A stretch of DNA of 63,552 nucleotides, counting the filler, from Octopus bimaculoides (taxonomy: Eukaryota), in NCBI RefSeq assembly GCF_001194135.2. It is 4 parts of 4 records of this genome, joined end to end, with 100 filler letters (N's around TTAATTAATTAA, not from the genome) between each part and the next. Parts side by side here need not be neighbours in the genome. Positions count along the whole stretch, not along the records: positions 39,665 to 61,780 come from NC_068982.1; positions 61,881 to 63,552 come from NW_026339156.1; 2 more parts are not named here. One strand, written 5' to 3'. The notes beneath the pieces are model-generated. The model was not told the origin of the DNA, ran no database searches, and worked only from the letters and a program-made list of their open reading frames with translations. This document shows, piece by piece, positions 50,823-63,552 of this stretch (positions within the stretch are counted from its first letter, which is position 1; every line of letters starts with the position of its first letter). Both the position numbers and the translations under genes were made by a program.

Positions 50823-51649
50823 CATACATATATGTGTGTGTGTGTGTGTGCGTCTGTATGTATGTATCTATGTATGTATATGTTTATATGTATGTATGCA
50901 TGTATGTATATATATATATACATGTGTGTGTGTGTGTATAGATGTGTACATATTACATATACATCAATATATATATACATATATACATTTAAATCCATAC
51001 GTATACATCTATGCATATACATATGTACATGATATATATATATATGTATGCGTGTATGTATGTGTGTATGTATGTATGCATGTATGTATGTATGTATGTA
51101 TGTATATATGCATGTAAGCATGTATGCATGTATGCATGTTTATATGCGTGATATATATGGGAAAATAGTTTCACTTTAATACTTTCAGTATTAATAGCGA
51201 AAGTATTAAACCGAAACTATTTCTGATGACAATAGAGAGATGTTATTGTTTCACTTTTGACATGTAATACTGAAACAGTGTAAGAGATAAGAGATTGCTC
51301 TGGACTTACATTAGGCAAGATGTTGAATTCTTTTTTTTTTTGGGATCAATCCTAAGTAAGACGTGTGTAAAATTAGGGATTTACACAGATAGACAGACAC
51401 GCATTCTCATGTTTACATTTGTAAACATTAACCGATTAGGCTGGTATTTCTAGCACGTCCTGCTACCACTGAACATGTATTGCGAATACCTGTTACGTAG
51501 TAGGAGTGCGTGCTACACTAACTCTAACCAGTGTTCGCAGTAAAAAATCTGATTAAAAACAATCAAGAATTTGCAAACGTTATTGTCGGGTCCCTCGTAT
51601 CATTAATATCTGATACAAGTTACCACCCCTTGTATCGTTCGACATGTTT

Positions 51650-52040
51650 GTTTATATTCTCGATTGCCCGTTTTCTGTGTTTTATTTTTTACTATAAAAT
51701 ATTTTAAAATAGATGATTCTTCGTTATTTTGGGTATACTTCGTTTATTTTGGATATATTTAGAAATTAGGCGTCATTTTCTTGAAGAGGTGAGCGTCTAA
51801 AGAAGCGCCGAAAATTGTACGCGTAACGTTGCATAGACGTGGTGGATTTAAATCCTAGGCAAATTGTGAGTAGTCTATGTATGTTGGGGGCGCGGAATTT
51901 CGAGGAAAAAAATTATAAAGAAACGTGAATGAAGTCAAAGAGAGCCCACATGTCAAATTTGGTGAAATTCGGTTGAAAATTATAGAAGTAGAAGTTGTTC
52001 GTACAACACAGACAGACAACTTGCATTTTAATATAGAAGA
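51650..52040 (-). mobile_element. Helitron-type 5' terminal region
   Basis: Minus strand reads A|TCTTCTATATTAAAATGCAAGTTGTCTGTCTGT: a TC start after A, TATA-rich, then a TCTG repeat, which is the typical Helitron 5' end. The inner boundary is uncertain. Confidence 0.6.
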
Positions 52041-52275
52041 TAGATATGTCCTCTTTCATAAATTCATTGATTTTACCGTAACTATTGTTTTAGCTCTGTT
52101 TGCACGTCTGTGTGTTTTATTTGTCTTTCCTTCACGTCTCTTGCTCTTTCTTTCTTTATCTTTATTTCTTCCTCTCAGTTTGTTCCTTATTCTAGTTAGA
52201 ATTAATTCTTTTTGGATATAATATTACGAAGATACCAATAATATTCAAACATATGTGCAGATCATGACCCCACAC

Positions 52276-52324
<49 letters not shown>

Positions 52325-53383
52325 TGCGTGCGTGTGTGTGTGCGTGTCATAACTTAATGTATACTGATATAGAACCAATTTAAGAATCGGTAGCTACATT
52401 CTATCTGAATGATATCAGTTTTGAAAGCTTTCACTATATCTTCCTGAATATTGAACTGTTAGTGCATAATCTTTTACATGCCACCAAGAATTCGTTAAGT
52501 GTTACTGACGTAAGCAATATTTCGAACTTACAGGTTTCCGGACAACTTAATAAATTGTTCTGAAATTATTTTGTAGCCATTAAGCAATGCACTTTTTCTG
52601 AATATCCTACTGAATCCTTTCTTTGTATCCCTCTCACAGCAGCAAACATTTCTATCTACCTTACTTTAAAATGGAATATCATTCATACTCTTAGACTTTG
52701 TAGGAAGTTTCATGGCTTTCATTTTCCACAATAGATTTGCATAATTATTTTTCCAAACCACAAAATATGAAAATGCAAGCTGAAGTTGCCATTGTGATAT
52801 TTCTCCTCATATTTAAAGTTAGATGACTTAGGATGATAGCGAGGAATCTGCTTAAATACTTAAAATTATTATGTCTTCTGTGTGGGTTTTTGCAACACAC
52901 AGTTGGAAAATATTAGTGATAACATTAAAAATTATATATTTGTATTTTATGTTTTACAGTTTTGCAAATTCAGTTTTGTGTGCATCTACATGCGCAACTA
53001 TCATCATCATAAATAGATAAGTTTGATTTCCATGTGCTAATACTTCGCAGATCCATGCGATATAATCTCGTCTCCCTTCTATATCCTCTGAACTTTGATG
53101 CTGAATGTCAAAGCACAGTGCAGTAACAGTTATATTTATATTGTCGTGCAGGCAGATTCCTCTGGTAAAATTTGAAACCAAAAGTAGTATTATATAATGT
53201 ATTCTTTCATTGTCATTTAAAGTCTTATATTATCATAATGAGTAGCTTTAAGTAATTTCTGTTTATTGATAAGCTGTATATATGCTTTTGTATTTTTTAC
53301 TTAAGATACTTATGTTGTCATTATTCTAATATGCTGCAAGCAACCGTTATGCTTATTAATGATCAATATTTAACATTATCTAA

Positions 53384-53582
53384 GGCTAGTGAAATCGTTA
53401 GTAGGCCGAGCAAAATGCTTAGCGGTATTTTGACTGTTTTACGTTCTAAGTTCAAATTTCACCAAGATTGACTTTATCTTTCATCCTTTCGGACTTGATA
53501 AAATAAGTACCAGCTGTGTATTGGCATCGATGCAATCGACTTAGCCCTCACCGAAATTTCTGGCCTTGTGCCAAAATTTGAA
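53384..53582 (+). mobile_element. SINE family A, full length, with 22-bp TSD
   Basis: TSD ATCAATAT[T/C]TAACATTATCTAA (53362-53383 / 53583-53604). Confidence 0.9.
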
Positions 53583-53963
53583 ATCAATATCTAACATTAT
53601 CTAAACCTATATCATAAATTTAGATCCTCGGAAGTTTAACTGAGAAACCAATGTATGCACAGTGATATTTAAAATAAATTGCTTAAATATTTCGATGTAC
53701 TACTTCCTGCTAACGTCCCTTATATGAGCATTCCTATTTTGGATGAATAAGCTGTTCATCAATACAATAAACAACGAAATCCATCAAGCAGATTCTCTGC
53801 CTAAAAGCTGTATATAGTACAATTCTATTAACCCATAATCTTACCCACATCATAATATTTCATGGCTACATTAAATAAGTTCATCCTACGTAGATATAAT
53901 TGCCAAGACTTCCTAACAATCAGAATATGCAAATCACTAAGTGAAATAAAAACCTCTATTATA

Positions 53964-54160
53964 CAGGGTGTCCACAAGGTCTGGCTACACGGAGTAAATA
54001 AAATCATAGCGTAAACAATTAAATATAAGAAATAATAATTTCTTAAAGTATGCGTTAATCCCGATGTGGGTACATGGAGTAAATAAAATCATAACATAAA
54101 CATTTAACTATAAGAAATAATAATTTCTTAAAGTATGTGTTAATCCCCGTGGACACCTTG
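53964..54160. mobile_element. Tc1/mariner-type MITE with internal 85-bp tandem duplication
   Basis: TA|CAGGGTGTCCAC ... GTGGACACCTTG|TA (11/12 TIR, TA TSD). GGAGTAAATA occurs at 53991 and 54076. Confidence 0.85.
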
Positions 54161-55806
54161 TAGAATTTTGTTTAAGGGAATTCGTTATAAAAGGATAAAT
54201 TCTATATCGAATTGAATAGAATTATAAAGGCACATATGTTCTTTGATAGTGAGTCATTTCATGATATATAAATTTTAACAAATTGGGCCGAGTAATATTA
54301 GAAGATATTTAATTAGAAGATACTTAAATGATTAACTACGATTGCAAAATTGTCCATAAATGTCGAAAATTATTCGGATAAAAACTGAAATAGGAGAGCC
54401 AACAGTATTGAGAAATGTGATACCTTCAAAGTTGGAAAATATAAGACTATTTAATTGTGAAGTAGACAATAGGGGATATTTTCAGCTATTCAATAGCAAA
54501 CATATCTAAGGCAATGTGCTTATTCTTTCTTCAAGCTTTCGTGCTAATAAATAAATGTTGTTGTTGTAGTTAGATGACAGTCTTTCAGTGCATGGGAAAG
54601 CTTGTATGTTGGAAATAATGAATGTCAAATAGTTGGTAGTTGGACAGGTTTCAATTGACAGAGATGCCATCGTCTGCTATAATTCACGAATTCCAATCTT
54701 TTCTTCAAAATTAGAAAAAACTGAAATAGTATATTATACTTTTCTGAAACAAAGGCAATGCACTTTCAGGAATGGGAAATAAGATGACCCGAGTATTATC
54801 AAAGAACAGTCGATTTTATACAGGTAAATTTATTCACGCTTTGAACACCGAATGTATTATCGTAAATAAAATGTTCGTGCACCCCTCTGAAAGTTATGTA
54901 TATTTTGTTCATTGTATTGATACAAAATCTCTCAATCAGATGAAATATGTGCGGTAATTTAAAGTTTGATGAAAACTTAGATAAACATTTATACAATAGG
55001 AGAAAGCATGGAAACAATCTGTGTAGTGTAATTGAGAAAAACTTCCCTTAACAGTTGTAATAGGAAAATGATCTCAGTCCCACACATAGGGCTTTAATTC
55101 GTTTTCAATCTCACATGATTTAAAGAGCACATGTGTTTTTCTAAAACAAACGCACAAAACCTTGAAAACACATATATGCATACGTATTAACAGATGCATA
55201 CACACATATATGGACACACACACACGCATACAAACACACACACACACATATATATAAATATATGTGTGTGTGTGTGTGCGCGTGTGTGTGTGTCTGTCTG
55301 TATATATATANNNNNNNNNNNNNNNNNNNNNNNNNNNNNNNNNNNNNNNNNNNNNNNNNNNNNNNNNNNNNNNNNNNNNNNNNNNNNNNNNNNNNNNNNN
55401 NNNNNNNNNNNNNNNNNNNNNNNNNNNNNNNNNNNNNNNNNNNNNNNNNNNNNNNNNNNNNNNNNNNNNNNNNNNNNNNNNNNNNNNNNNNNNNNNNNNN
55501 NNNNNNNNNNNNNNNNNNNNNNNNNNNNNNNNNNNNNNNNNNNNNNNNNNNNNNNNNNNNNNNNNNNNNNNNNNNNNNNNNNNNNNNNNNNNNNNNNNNN
55601 NNNNNNNNNNNNNNNNNNNNNNNNNNNNNNNNNNNNNNNNNNNNNNNNNNNNNNNNNNNNNNNNNNNNNNNNNNNNNNNNNNNNNNNNNNNNNNNNNNNN
55701 NNNNNNNNNNNNNNNNNNNNNNNNNNNNNNNNNNNNNNNNNNNNNNNNNNNNNNNNNNNNNNNNNNNNNNNNNNNNNNNNNNNNNNNNNNNNNNNNNNNN
55801 NNNNNN

Positions 55807-55869
<63 letters not shown>

Positions 55870-57479
55870 AACATACGTGCGTACATACGTTCATATGTAC
55901 GTGTATTCATACATACATACATACATACAATCATGGATACATGTATGTACTTCTATGTTTGTGTACAGAGATTTATTTCTGATATATTTTTTTAGATGTT
56001 TATTCTCTCAGAGATATTTAATTCATTAAATATCTTTGTTTACAATCATATTAGTGAATCATATCCAATAGAATTTTTTACAACTTTCAAGGCTCACATT
56101 GGTACATACGTTCAAGAATTAATGAAGCTTCATTTTTGCTGTTTGCACGATTTTCCATGATTTCGATCATGTGTGATTTAAGTAACATGCAATAAGGTGA
56201 AACTAATATGATATATGCTTTTAAGGAAAATTACTGCTAGAATTAATCATTTTCGATTCACAAAGCCTGTATATATATATATATNNNNNNNNNNNNNNNN
56301 NNNNNNNNNNNNNNNNNNNNNNNNNNNNNNNNNNNNNNNNNNNNNNNNNNNNNNNNNNNNNNNNNNNNNNNNNNNNNNNNNNNNNNNNNNNNNNNNNNNN
56401 NNNNNNNNNNNNNNNNNNNNNNNNNNNNNNNNNNNNNNNNNNNNNNNNNNNNNNNNNNNNNNNNNNNNNNNNNNNNNNNNNNNNNNNNNNNNNNNNNNNN
56501 NNNNNNNNNNNNNNNNNNNNNNNNNNNNNNNNNNNNNNNNNNNNNNNNNNNNNNNNNNNNNNNNNNNNNNNNNNNNNNNNNNNNNNNNNNNNNNNNNNNN
56601 NNNNNNNNNNNNNNNNNNNNNNNNNNNNNNNNNNNNNNNNNNNNNNNNNNNNNNNNNNNNNNNNNNNNNNNNNNNNNNNNNNNNNNNNNNNNNNNNNNNN
56701 NNNNNNNNNNNNNNNNNNNNNNNNNNNNNNNNNNNNNNNNNNNNNNNNNNNNNNNNNNNNNNNNNNNNNNNNNNNNNNNNNNNNNNNNNNNNNNNNNNNN
56801 NNNNNNNNNNNNNNNNNNNNNNNNNNNNNNNNNNNNNNNNNNNNNNNNNNNNNNNNNNNNNNNNNNNNNNNNNNNNNNNNNNNNNNNNNNNNNNNNNNNN
56901 NNNNNNNNNNNNNNTATATATATATATATGCATACACATAAACATAGACATATATTACAGGCTTGATATATTTAATGCAGGAAATGATTTCCAAACTTTT
57001 GCCCAGCGCCATAAAATGTAGTTTGTCTGCCAATTAATCAGGCAGTGAACCTTTTATATAATCAATTTATATAGATGTGTGCAGTAGTTGTTCCACCATA
57101 ATAGTTTTTTTTCTGCATCTAATGTTGTTTGTGTTATAGATGCTGTAATGCCACACATATAGGACTTTTTGCTCTGTTGTCGGAAAATTATCTATATTTG
57201 GTGGTAACTTTTTCGCAATGAGGAGAGATTCAAAATAAAATTTCCGAGTTAGTGAGATTTACTGTCTTTAAAGCTAGTCATGCCTTAATGTGTTCGATAT
57301 GCATGGTTATAGTAGATGAAATGAATGTTGTAAATATGTATGTGTACTGTTTTATGCTAAATGTGATTCCATACTATATGTAGTGACCGAGAACGAGACT
57401 AGAGCATTTGAAATTCGTCCGATTTTATATATATATATATATGTATGTATGTTTGGGTGTATGTATGTATGTATGTACG

Positions 57480-57525
<46 letters not shown>

Positions 57526-60500
57526 TTGCAATCAAGTTAGACATGACCTGGGCCAAACATTCGTCGAAACATATGTAAGTTATTTAAGTATGTGTATGTA
57601 TGTGTGTGTGGGGGGGTGTATGTGTAAGTTTGCATGTATTTTGTGTTACAGTAAGAGGCGGGACACGATAAAAGAATTTTCGACTCGCTATAAAAAAAAA
57701 TAACAAACTATTCCAAATCACTACTCGAGTATCTGCATCAGTGTAGTCTAGACCCACCAGTTTGTACTGGTATGGAGTCTTTATGTTGTAATATAAAATT
57801 CAAGCCAAATGCTGATATTTTGGAGTCATTTAGCACGTACGTTTTATGTTTGCTTACTATACAATTGGAAATGCATCCGGTACGCAAAACTTTCTTGTAA
57901 TATATTATGCAAGCCTGAATCGTACTTAATAAATGATTTCATATAACACTACTTGGTCAGACTTTATTATTAAAACCTGTGTATGTATATCTAATCGTTA
58001 TTTGCGCCACGTACGGCGAAATCTACAGCGATTATTTGCATAGTTATTCCTAGTACATTCTGACATATTGAAACTCATATTTGCTAGTCATTGTTGCATA
58101 CAACATAGAAGAAGAGCTTCGCAGTTTTGCGACGACGCTGTGTTCATAACATAAAGGAGCCGAGTATTCCGAGTGTGTTATGAACACAAAATTGTCTCAT
58201 AATGAAAAAAGTTGTTCTGTTATGACGTAGAAAACAGTCACTAGCATAATACTATCGGAACGAATTCAGAATATGCAAATGGTTGTTTATACACGCGCGC
58301 GATCACACAGGCATATTTATCTAATTCTTCGAAATGCTTAGTTTAGAATAAGAGCAGCTGATGAAGGAAATTTCTTTATGTGGTCTGTGTGTTTTCTGTG
58401 CTCTGACGAAAGTAGCATTAATTTTCTTAGGTCATTCAATTTTCCTCAATTGATTAATAGACCATTTGAGTAAACCTATTAGTAATGTACCTATAATAAC
58501 TACTAGAAACAGCTGTAAGCCAAATTTGCTCAAATAATGGAAAGATATGTAATGATCATTATTTAAACTTGTTTCTCATACATATATATATATATATATA
58601 NNNNNNNNNNNNNNNNNNNNNNNNNNNNNNNNNNNNNNNNNNNNNNNNNNNNNNNNNNNNNNNNNNNNNNNNNNNNNNNNNNNNNNNNNNNNNNNNNNNN
58701 NNNNNNNNNNNNNNNNNNNNNNNNNNNNNNNNNNNNNNNNNNNNNNNNNNNNNNNNNNNNNNNNNNNNNNNNNNNNNNNNNNNNNNNNNNNNNNNNNNNN
58801 NNNNNNNNNNNNNNNNNNNNNNNNNNNNNNNNNNNNNNNNNNNNNNNNNNNNNNNNNNNNNNNNNNNNNNNNNNNNNNNNNNNNNNNNNNNNNNNNNNNN
58901 NNNNNNNNNNNNNNNNNNNNNNNNNNNNNNNNNNNNNNNNNNNNNNNNNNNNNNNNNNNNNNNNNNNNNNNNNNNNNNNNNNNNNNNNNNNNNNNNNNNN
59001 NNNNNNNNNNNNNNNNNNNNNNNNNNNNNNNNNNNNNNNNNNNNNNNNNNNNNNNNNNNNNNNNNNNNNNNNNNNNNNNNNNNNNNNNNNNNNNNNNNNN
59101 NNNNNNNNNNNNNNNNNNNNNNNNNNNNNNNNNNNNNNNNNNNNNNNNNNNNNNNNNNNNNNNNNNNNNNNNNNNNNNNNNNNNNTGTGTGTGTGTGTGT
59201 GTGTGTCTGTGTGTGTGTGTGTGTGTACATATATACATACATACATACATACATACATACATACATACATACATTACCCCACTCGCGTATGTCACAGTAA
59301 CTTAAGAATATTCCAGTTTATGTAAACATTGTACACTTCTATCTTTCAGTTTCGAAACATATTCACAGAAAATGTAAGACAGAATTTGGATGAATTTTAA
59401 CGTTGGGTCGAAATGGTGCGTTGTGCATCGGTTGTCTTGTATCTGTCATTAGATTGCGGTCATGTAAACTTTATTATATTTTCAAAGAACTCGTTAGACG
59501 ATGGATGACTACTAAAATAGTGGAATGATTACTCAGAAGACAAGCAGGAAATAGTGAGTAAACATTGTTCATTAGTTAGGTAACATTGTACCAATTTCAG
59601 TTCTCGCACCTAAAGTAGGTACACAAGACCAATAAAAAGTTGCCATTACATTTTTAATCAATCAAATATGAACCATTTTGTTGCACTATGCGTTTCCATC
59701 TTTTCTTTAACTTGAAAATAATCTCTTCCCAAAATTGAGGTGATTTCATGGCAAATTAGTCGAAAAGTAAGCTACTATAAATCGGCACGAACTGTCCGGA
59801 CAACCCAATATATATGTATGTATATNNNNNNNNNNNNNNNNNNNNNNNNNNNNNNNNNNNNNNNNNNNNNNNNNNNNNNNNNNNNNNNNNNNNNNNNNNN
59901 NNNNNNNNNNNNNNNNNNNNNNNNNNNNNNNNNNNNNNNNNNNNNNNNNNNNNNNNNNNNNNNNNNNNNNNNNNNNNNNNNNNNNNNNNNNNNNNNNNNN
60001 NNNNNNNNNNNNNNNNNNNNNNNNNNNNNNNNNNNNNNNNNNNNNNNNNNNNNNNNNNNNNNNNNNNNNNNNNNNNNNNNNNNNNNNNNNNNNNNNNNNN
60101 NNNNNNNNNNNNNNNNNNNNNNNNNNNNNNNNNNNNNNNNNNNNNNNNNNNNNNNNNNNNNNNNNNNNNNNNNNNNNNNNNNNNNNNNNNNNNNNNNNNN
60201 NNNNNNNNNNNNNNNNNNNNNNNNNNNNNNNNNNNNNNNNNNNNNNNNNNNNNNNNNNNNNNNNNNNNNNNNNNNNNNNNNNNNNNNNNNNNNNNNNNNN
60301 NNNNNNNNNNNNNNNNNNNNNNNNNNNNNNNNNNNNNNNNNNNNNNNNNNNNNNNNNNNNNNNNNNNNNNNNNNNNNNNNNNNNNNNNNNNNNNNNNNNN
60401 NNNNNNNNNNNNNNNNNNNNNNNNNNNNNNNNNNNNNNNTTTCATTTTATCAAGAGGAAGAGAATTATGCTGAAATTAAGGTGTGTCGACAATGACAGAA

Positions 60501-62225
60501 TCAGAATAAAAAACTCTAAATTTGAAAGTAGAATATATATTTAAAAAATACAATATATTTGAGTGACAAAACTTATAAAGATTTTAAAAAATACCTGTCA
60601 TTGCTGTATTGGAATATACTTTTATTGTAAATCTATCAGATATGTCACTAGAGTGTCATAGAATTGATTATAAAAATGACATATTGATTCTTTCTATCTA
60701 AAACAATTAAATATTTCATGACAATGAACATATTTTTCATATATCATCAGGTAAAACTAGTAACATATTAATATTTGTTCATATGTGAAAGTACCAGCAA
60801 CAGTATATTTTACAATGTTATTAGTATTTGTAAATGGTAGCAATGTAGCATTTCGTTTTGTGCTGTAACGTAAGTCACAAAGTTACAAATCCTTATCTCT
60901 GATTCAAGTAATTGTTTCAATTATTTTTATTTAAGTTATCATCACGGTCTCTTCCAGTTTAATTATATTTCTACTCATCGCTTTTTACAAGCACATCTGA
61001 TCAATAACTGGATACATTATCAATAACTGAGTGTACTTGATATGATTCAAGTTTTTATCTAAGTTGAAAAGTGGATTTCATGAACAATAATTATATGTTC
61101 TTCTGGTGTCCCTTCTTGAAACGATTTAAAATTTCATTTTATGAAGGTCTATAGCCAATACAATTACAAACCTACACGAACAATTCTTAAAACCTGGTAT
61201 ACGTTGGGGAATTATATAAGAAATATGCAACTTAGCTGAAGAGTAAAAGTGAAACAAAAGCGCATTTTGAAATCCAATTTCTAACGAAACATTTCTCTTT
61301 TACATTTAACTTAGCACAAATATTGTGGCATATCATTTTGATATTGATAAATATTTCGATATTACGTAAAATACTTCAAGTCAATTCAGATGTTAATAAA
61401 GAAATTTTTTTTCTTAAATTGCCCAAGTGCATGTAGCATAAAAAAGGGATATAACTTAAATTGATTCATATATTATGCTGAACCTCTGAGTAATATTTGA
61501 ATAACAAAACTCAATTTTATTAGGGATATTTTATGCATATAAATAACAGATAAAAGCTGATACAGTGGAATATTGTGTAAGGCTATGTATTATAATAGGA
61601 ACACTGTCAACAAATTTGCACTTCAAATATAGAATCGGAAGTCGGTGAGTTATATCTGATTATATATAATTTTTCTATAAATATGCACAAACCTGTGTAC
61701 GGATATCGAAAAAATTTAACAAACACACATACATCTGTGTATGTATGTATCTATCTATCTATATATATATAGCCTTACACNNNNNNNNNNNNNNNNNNNN
61801 NNNNNNNNNNNNNNNNNNNNNNNNTTAATTAATTAANNNNNNNNNNNNNNNNNNNNNNNNNNNNNNNNNNNNNNNNNNNNAGCATAATAACCATTTCTCG
61901 AGAGGAGTTCTTTGGGGTTTGAATAATTCCCCTCTGGAAACATGGGCGTTTCGTTCAACATCCTTAAACAAACCTTTTGAGCAGAATGGAATACTCGACC
62001 TGCAAACAAATTCTAACTGGATCTCACCTATAAGGTCATGCGCTGTTTATCACCATGCACTGAGATCACCATGCCGCGCACATATAACTGTGGTGCATAT
62101 TCCTGGTGTATTCTTATCAGACGGTTAATCATGTTGGGTATATTGGAGTTTGTATATTTGTACCCTGTGTCACTTTGATGACATGAACTGCTCTCTCAAT
62201 CAAAAACAATAATTCTTTCTACTAT

Positions 62226-62400
62226 AGGCACAGGCCTGAAATTTTGACGGAGTGGACTAGTCGATTACTTTTTTCATCAAACCAAGAGGTTGAAAGGCAA
62301 AGTCGACTTCGGCGGAATTTGAACTCAAAACGTAAAGGCGGACGAACAGCTGCTAAACATTTTTCCCGACATCCTAATGATTCTGCTAAGACGCTTGCCT
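62226..62400 (-). mobile_element. SINE family A, diverged with internal deletion
   Basis: GAAAGGCAAAGTCGACTTCGGCGGAATTTGAACTC on the plus strand; TTA-rich 5' flank on its sense strand. Confidence 0.75.
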
Positions 62401-62972
62401 TATTAATAACAATAACAATAATGATTTATTTTACTTGCGACAGAGGAATGAGATGAGGTTACTGCTTCCATGAAAAGTGAATAATCAGGTGAAATTCCAT
62501 TATTTAGAGAGCCATATGCTGTCCGGGAAAAATGCAGGAATACCACGGTTAAAGTAGATTTGATCCGAGGTCTTCTCAATCAAGACTAACTTGTGGTTAA
62601 ACAAAAATGAAACAGCAACAGTGAGNNNNNNNNNNCTATGTGATCAATCGCCCCGCTAGAAATACCAGCCAAATCTCCGTCATATTACATTTTACCATCG
62701 TAAGAGAAGGGAAGCAACATATAGAATATTGTTTTAGATATCCTCGAAAGGTAGGATTGTCACGGTTGGAAGGTTTTTATAATATGTATGTTCGATCAGA
62801 AATAGCATGCAGTTAAAGAATAACAATCACAAGACACCACCACACCACCACAACGAAATAAACAAAAGCAACAGCAATAACAATAACAAACCACCAAAAT
62901 AACAAGAAATACAACAACAACAACAAAACCAGCAAAACTGAAACAACAATAAAAATAACAACGCCATCAATA

Positions 62973-63322
62973 CTGGCACTCCGTCGGTTACAACGACACG
63001 AGTTCCAGTTGATGCAATCAACCGAACATCCTGATCGTGAGATTAGCATGCAAGTGGCTGAACACTCCACANNNNNNNNNNCGAACATCCTGATCGTGAG
63101 ATTAGCATGCAAGTGGCTGAACACTCCACAGGCAGATTCAGCGTGACATAGAATGTGACAAAGCTGGTCCTTTGAACAACAGTCACTACTCATGTTTNNN
63201 NNNNNNNTAGAATGTGACAAAGCTGGTCCTTTGAACAACAGTCACTACTCATGTTTGCCAGCTGAGTGGACTGAGCTAACGTGAAATAAAGTGTCTTGAT
63301 CAAGGACACAACACACCGCAGT
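62973..63322 (-). mobile_element. Old SINE with D-type CORE-like body and C-type 3' tail (locally duplicated around 10-N gaps)
   Basis: TGGCACTCCGTCG.TTAC.ACGAC...GCAAGTGGCTGA.CACTCCAC (C tail) joined to CAGCTGAGTGGACTG...AACGTGAAATAAAGTGTCTTG.TCAAGGACAC (D body). Confidence 0.7.
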
Positions 63323-63552
63323 NNNNNNNNNNNNNNNNNNNNNNNNNNNNNNNNNNNNNNNNNNNNNNNNNNNNNNNNNNNNNNNNNNNNNNNNNNNNNN
63401 NNNNNNNNNNNNNNNNNNNNNNNNNNNNNNNACAACCACAACACCACCACCACTACCAACACTACCACCACTAACAGCAGCAGTAACAACAGCAGCAAAG
63501 GCAACAGCATCAAGAATTAAAAGAAAACAATACAATGCAAAGTCCATAACAA

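Noticed and set aside
63072-63250. Short direct duplications around 10-N gaps
   Set aside because: Typical contig-overlap artefact.

Overview
AT-rich, gap-riddled eukaryotic DNA that reads as intronic or intergenic. The microsatellite load and tRNA-derived SINE families look like an octopus or other coleoid cephalopod draft assembly; this is inferred from recalled repeat families, not from a search. I cannot confidently identify any host gene. Nearly all long ORFs in the track are translations of microsatellites or N-gaps. The recognisable coding sequence is all decayed transposon: an R4/Dong-type REL non-LTR retrotransposon (13.9-16.5 kb) and three further REL fragments, a Helitron Rep/helicase remnant (47.2-48.7 kb), a mariner N-terminus and a CR1-like fragment. 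The window also holds at least four SINE families (more than 20 copies), hAT and Tc1 MITEs, a HINE/Helentron-type element and foldback elements. The most unusual items are: (1) a structured element at 3.6-4.0 kb with a minimal type-I hammerhead ribozyme inside an inverted repeat, with a related copy at 49.6 kb showing covarying stems; (2) an ungapped 89-bp-stem hairpin at 23.46-23.64 kb; (3) REL retroelements and SINEs sitting in specific microsatellites, (TAA)n and possibly (CATA)n; (4) a near-perfect palindrome at 38 kb. A few weak candidate host exons appear as findings only.
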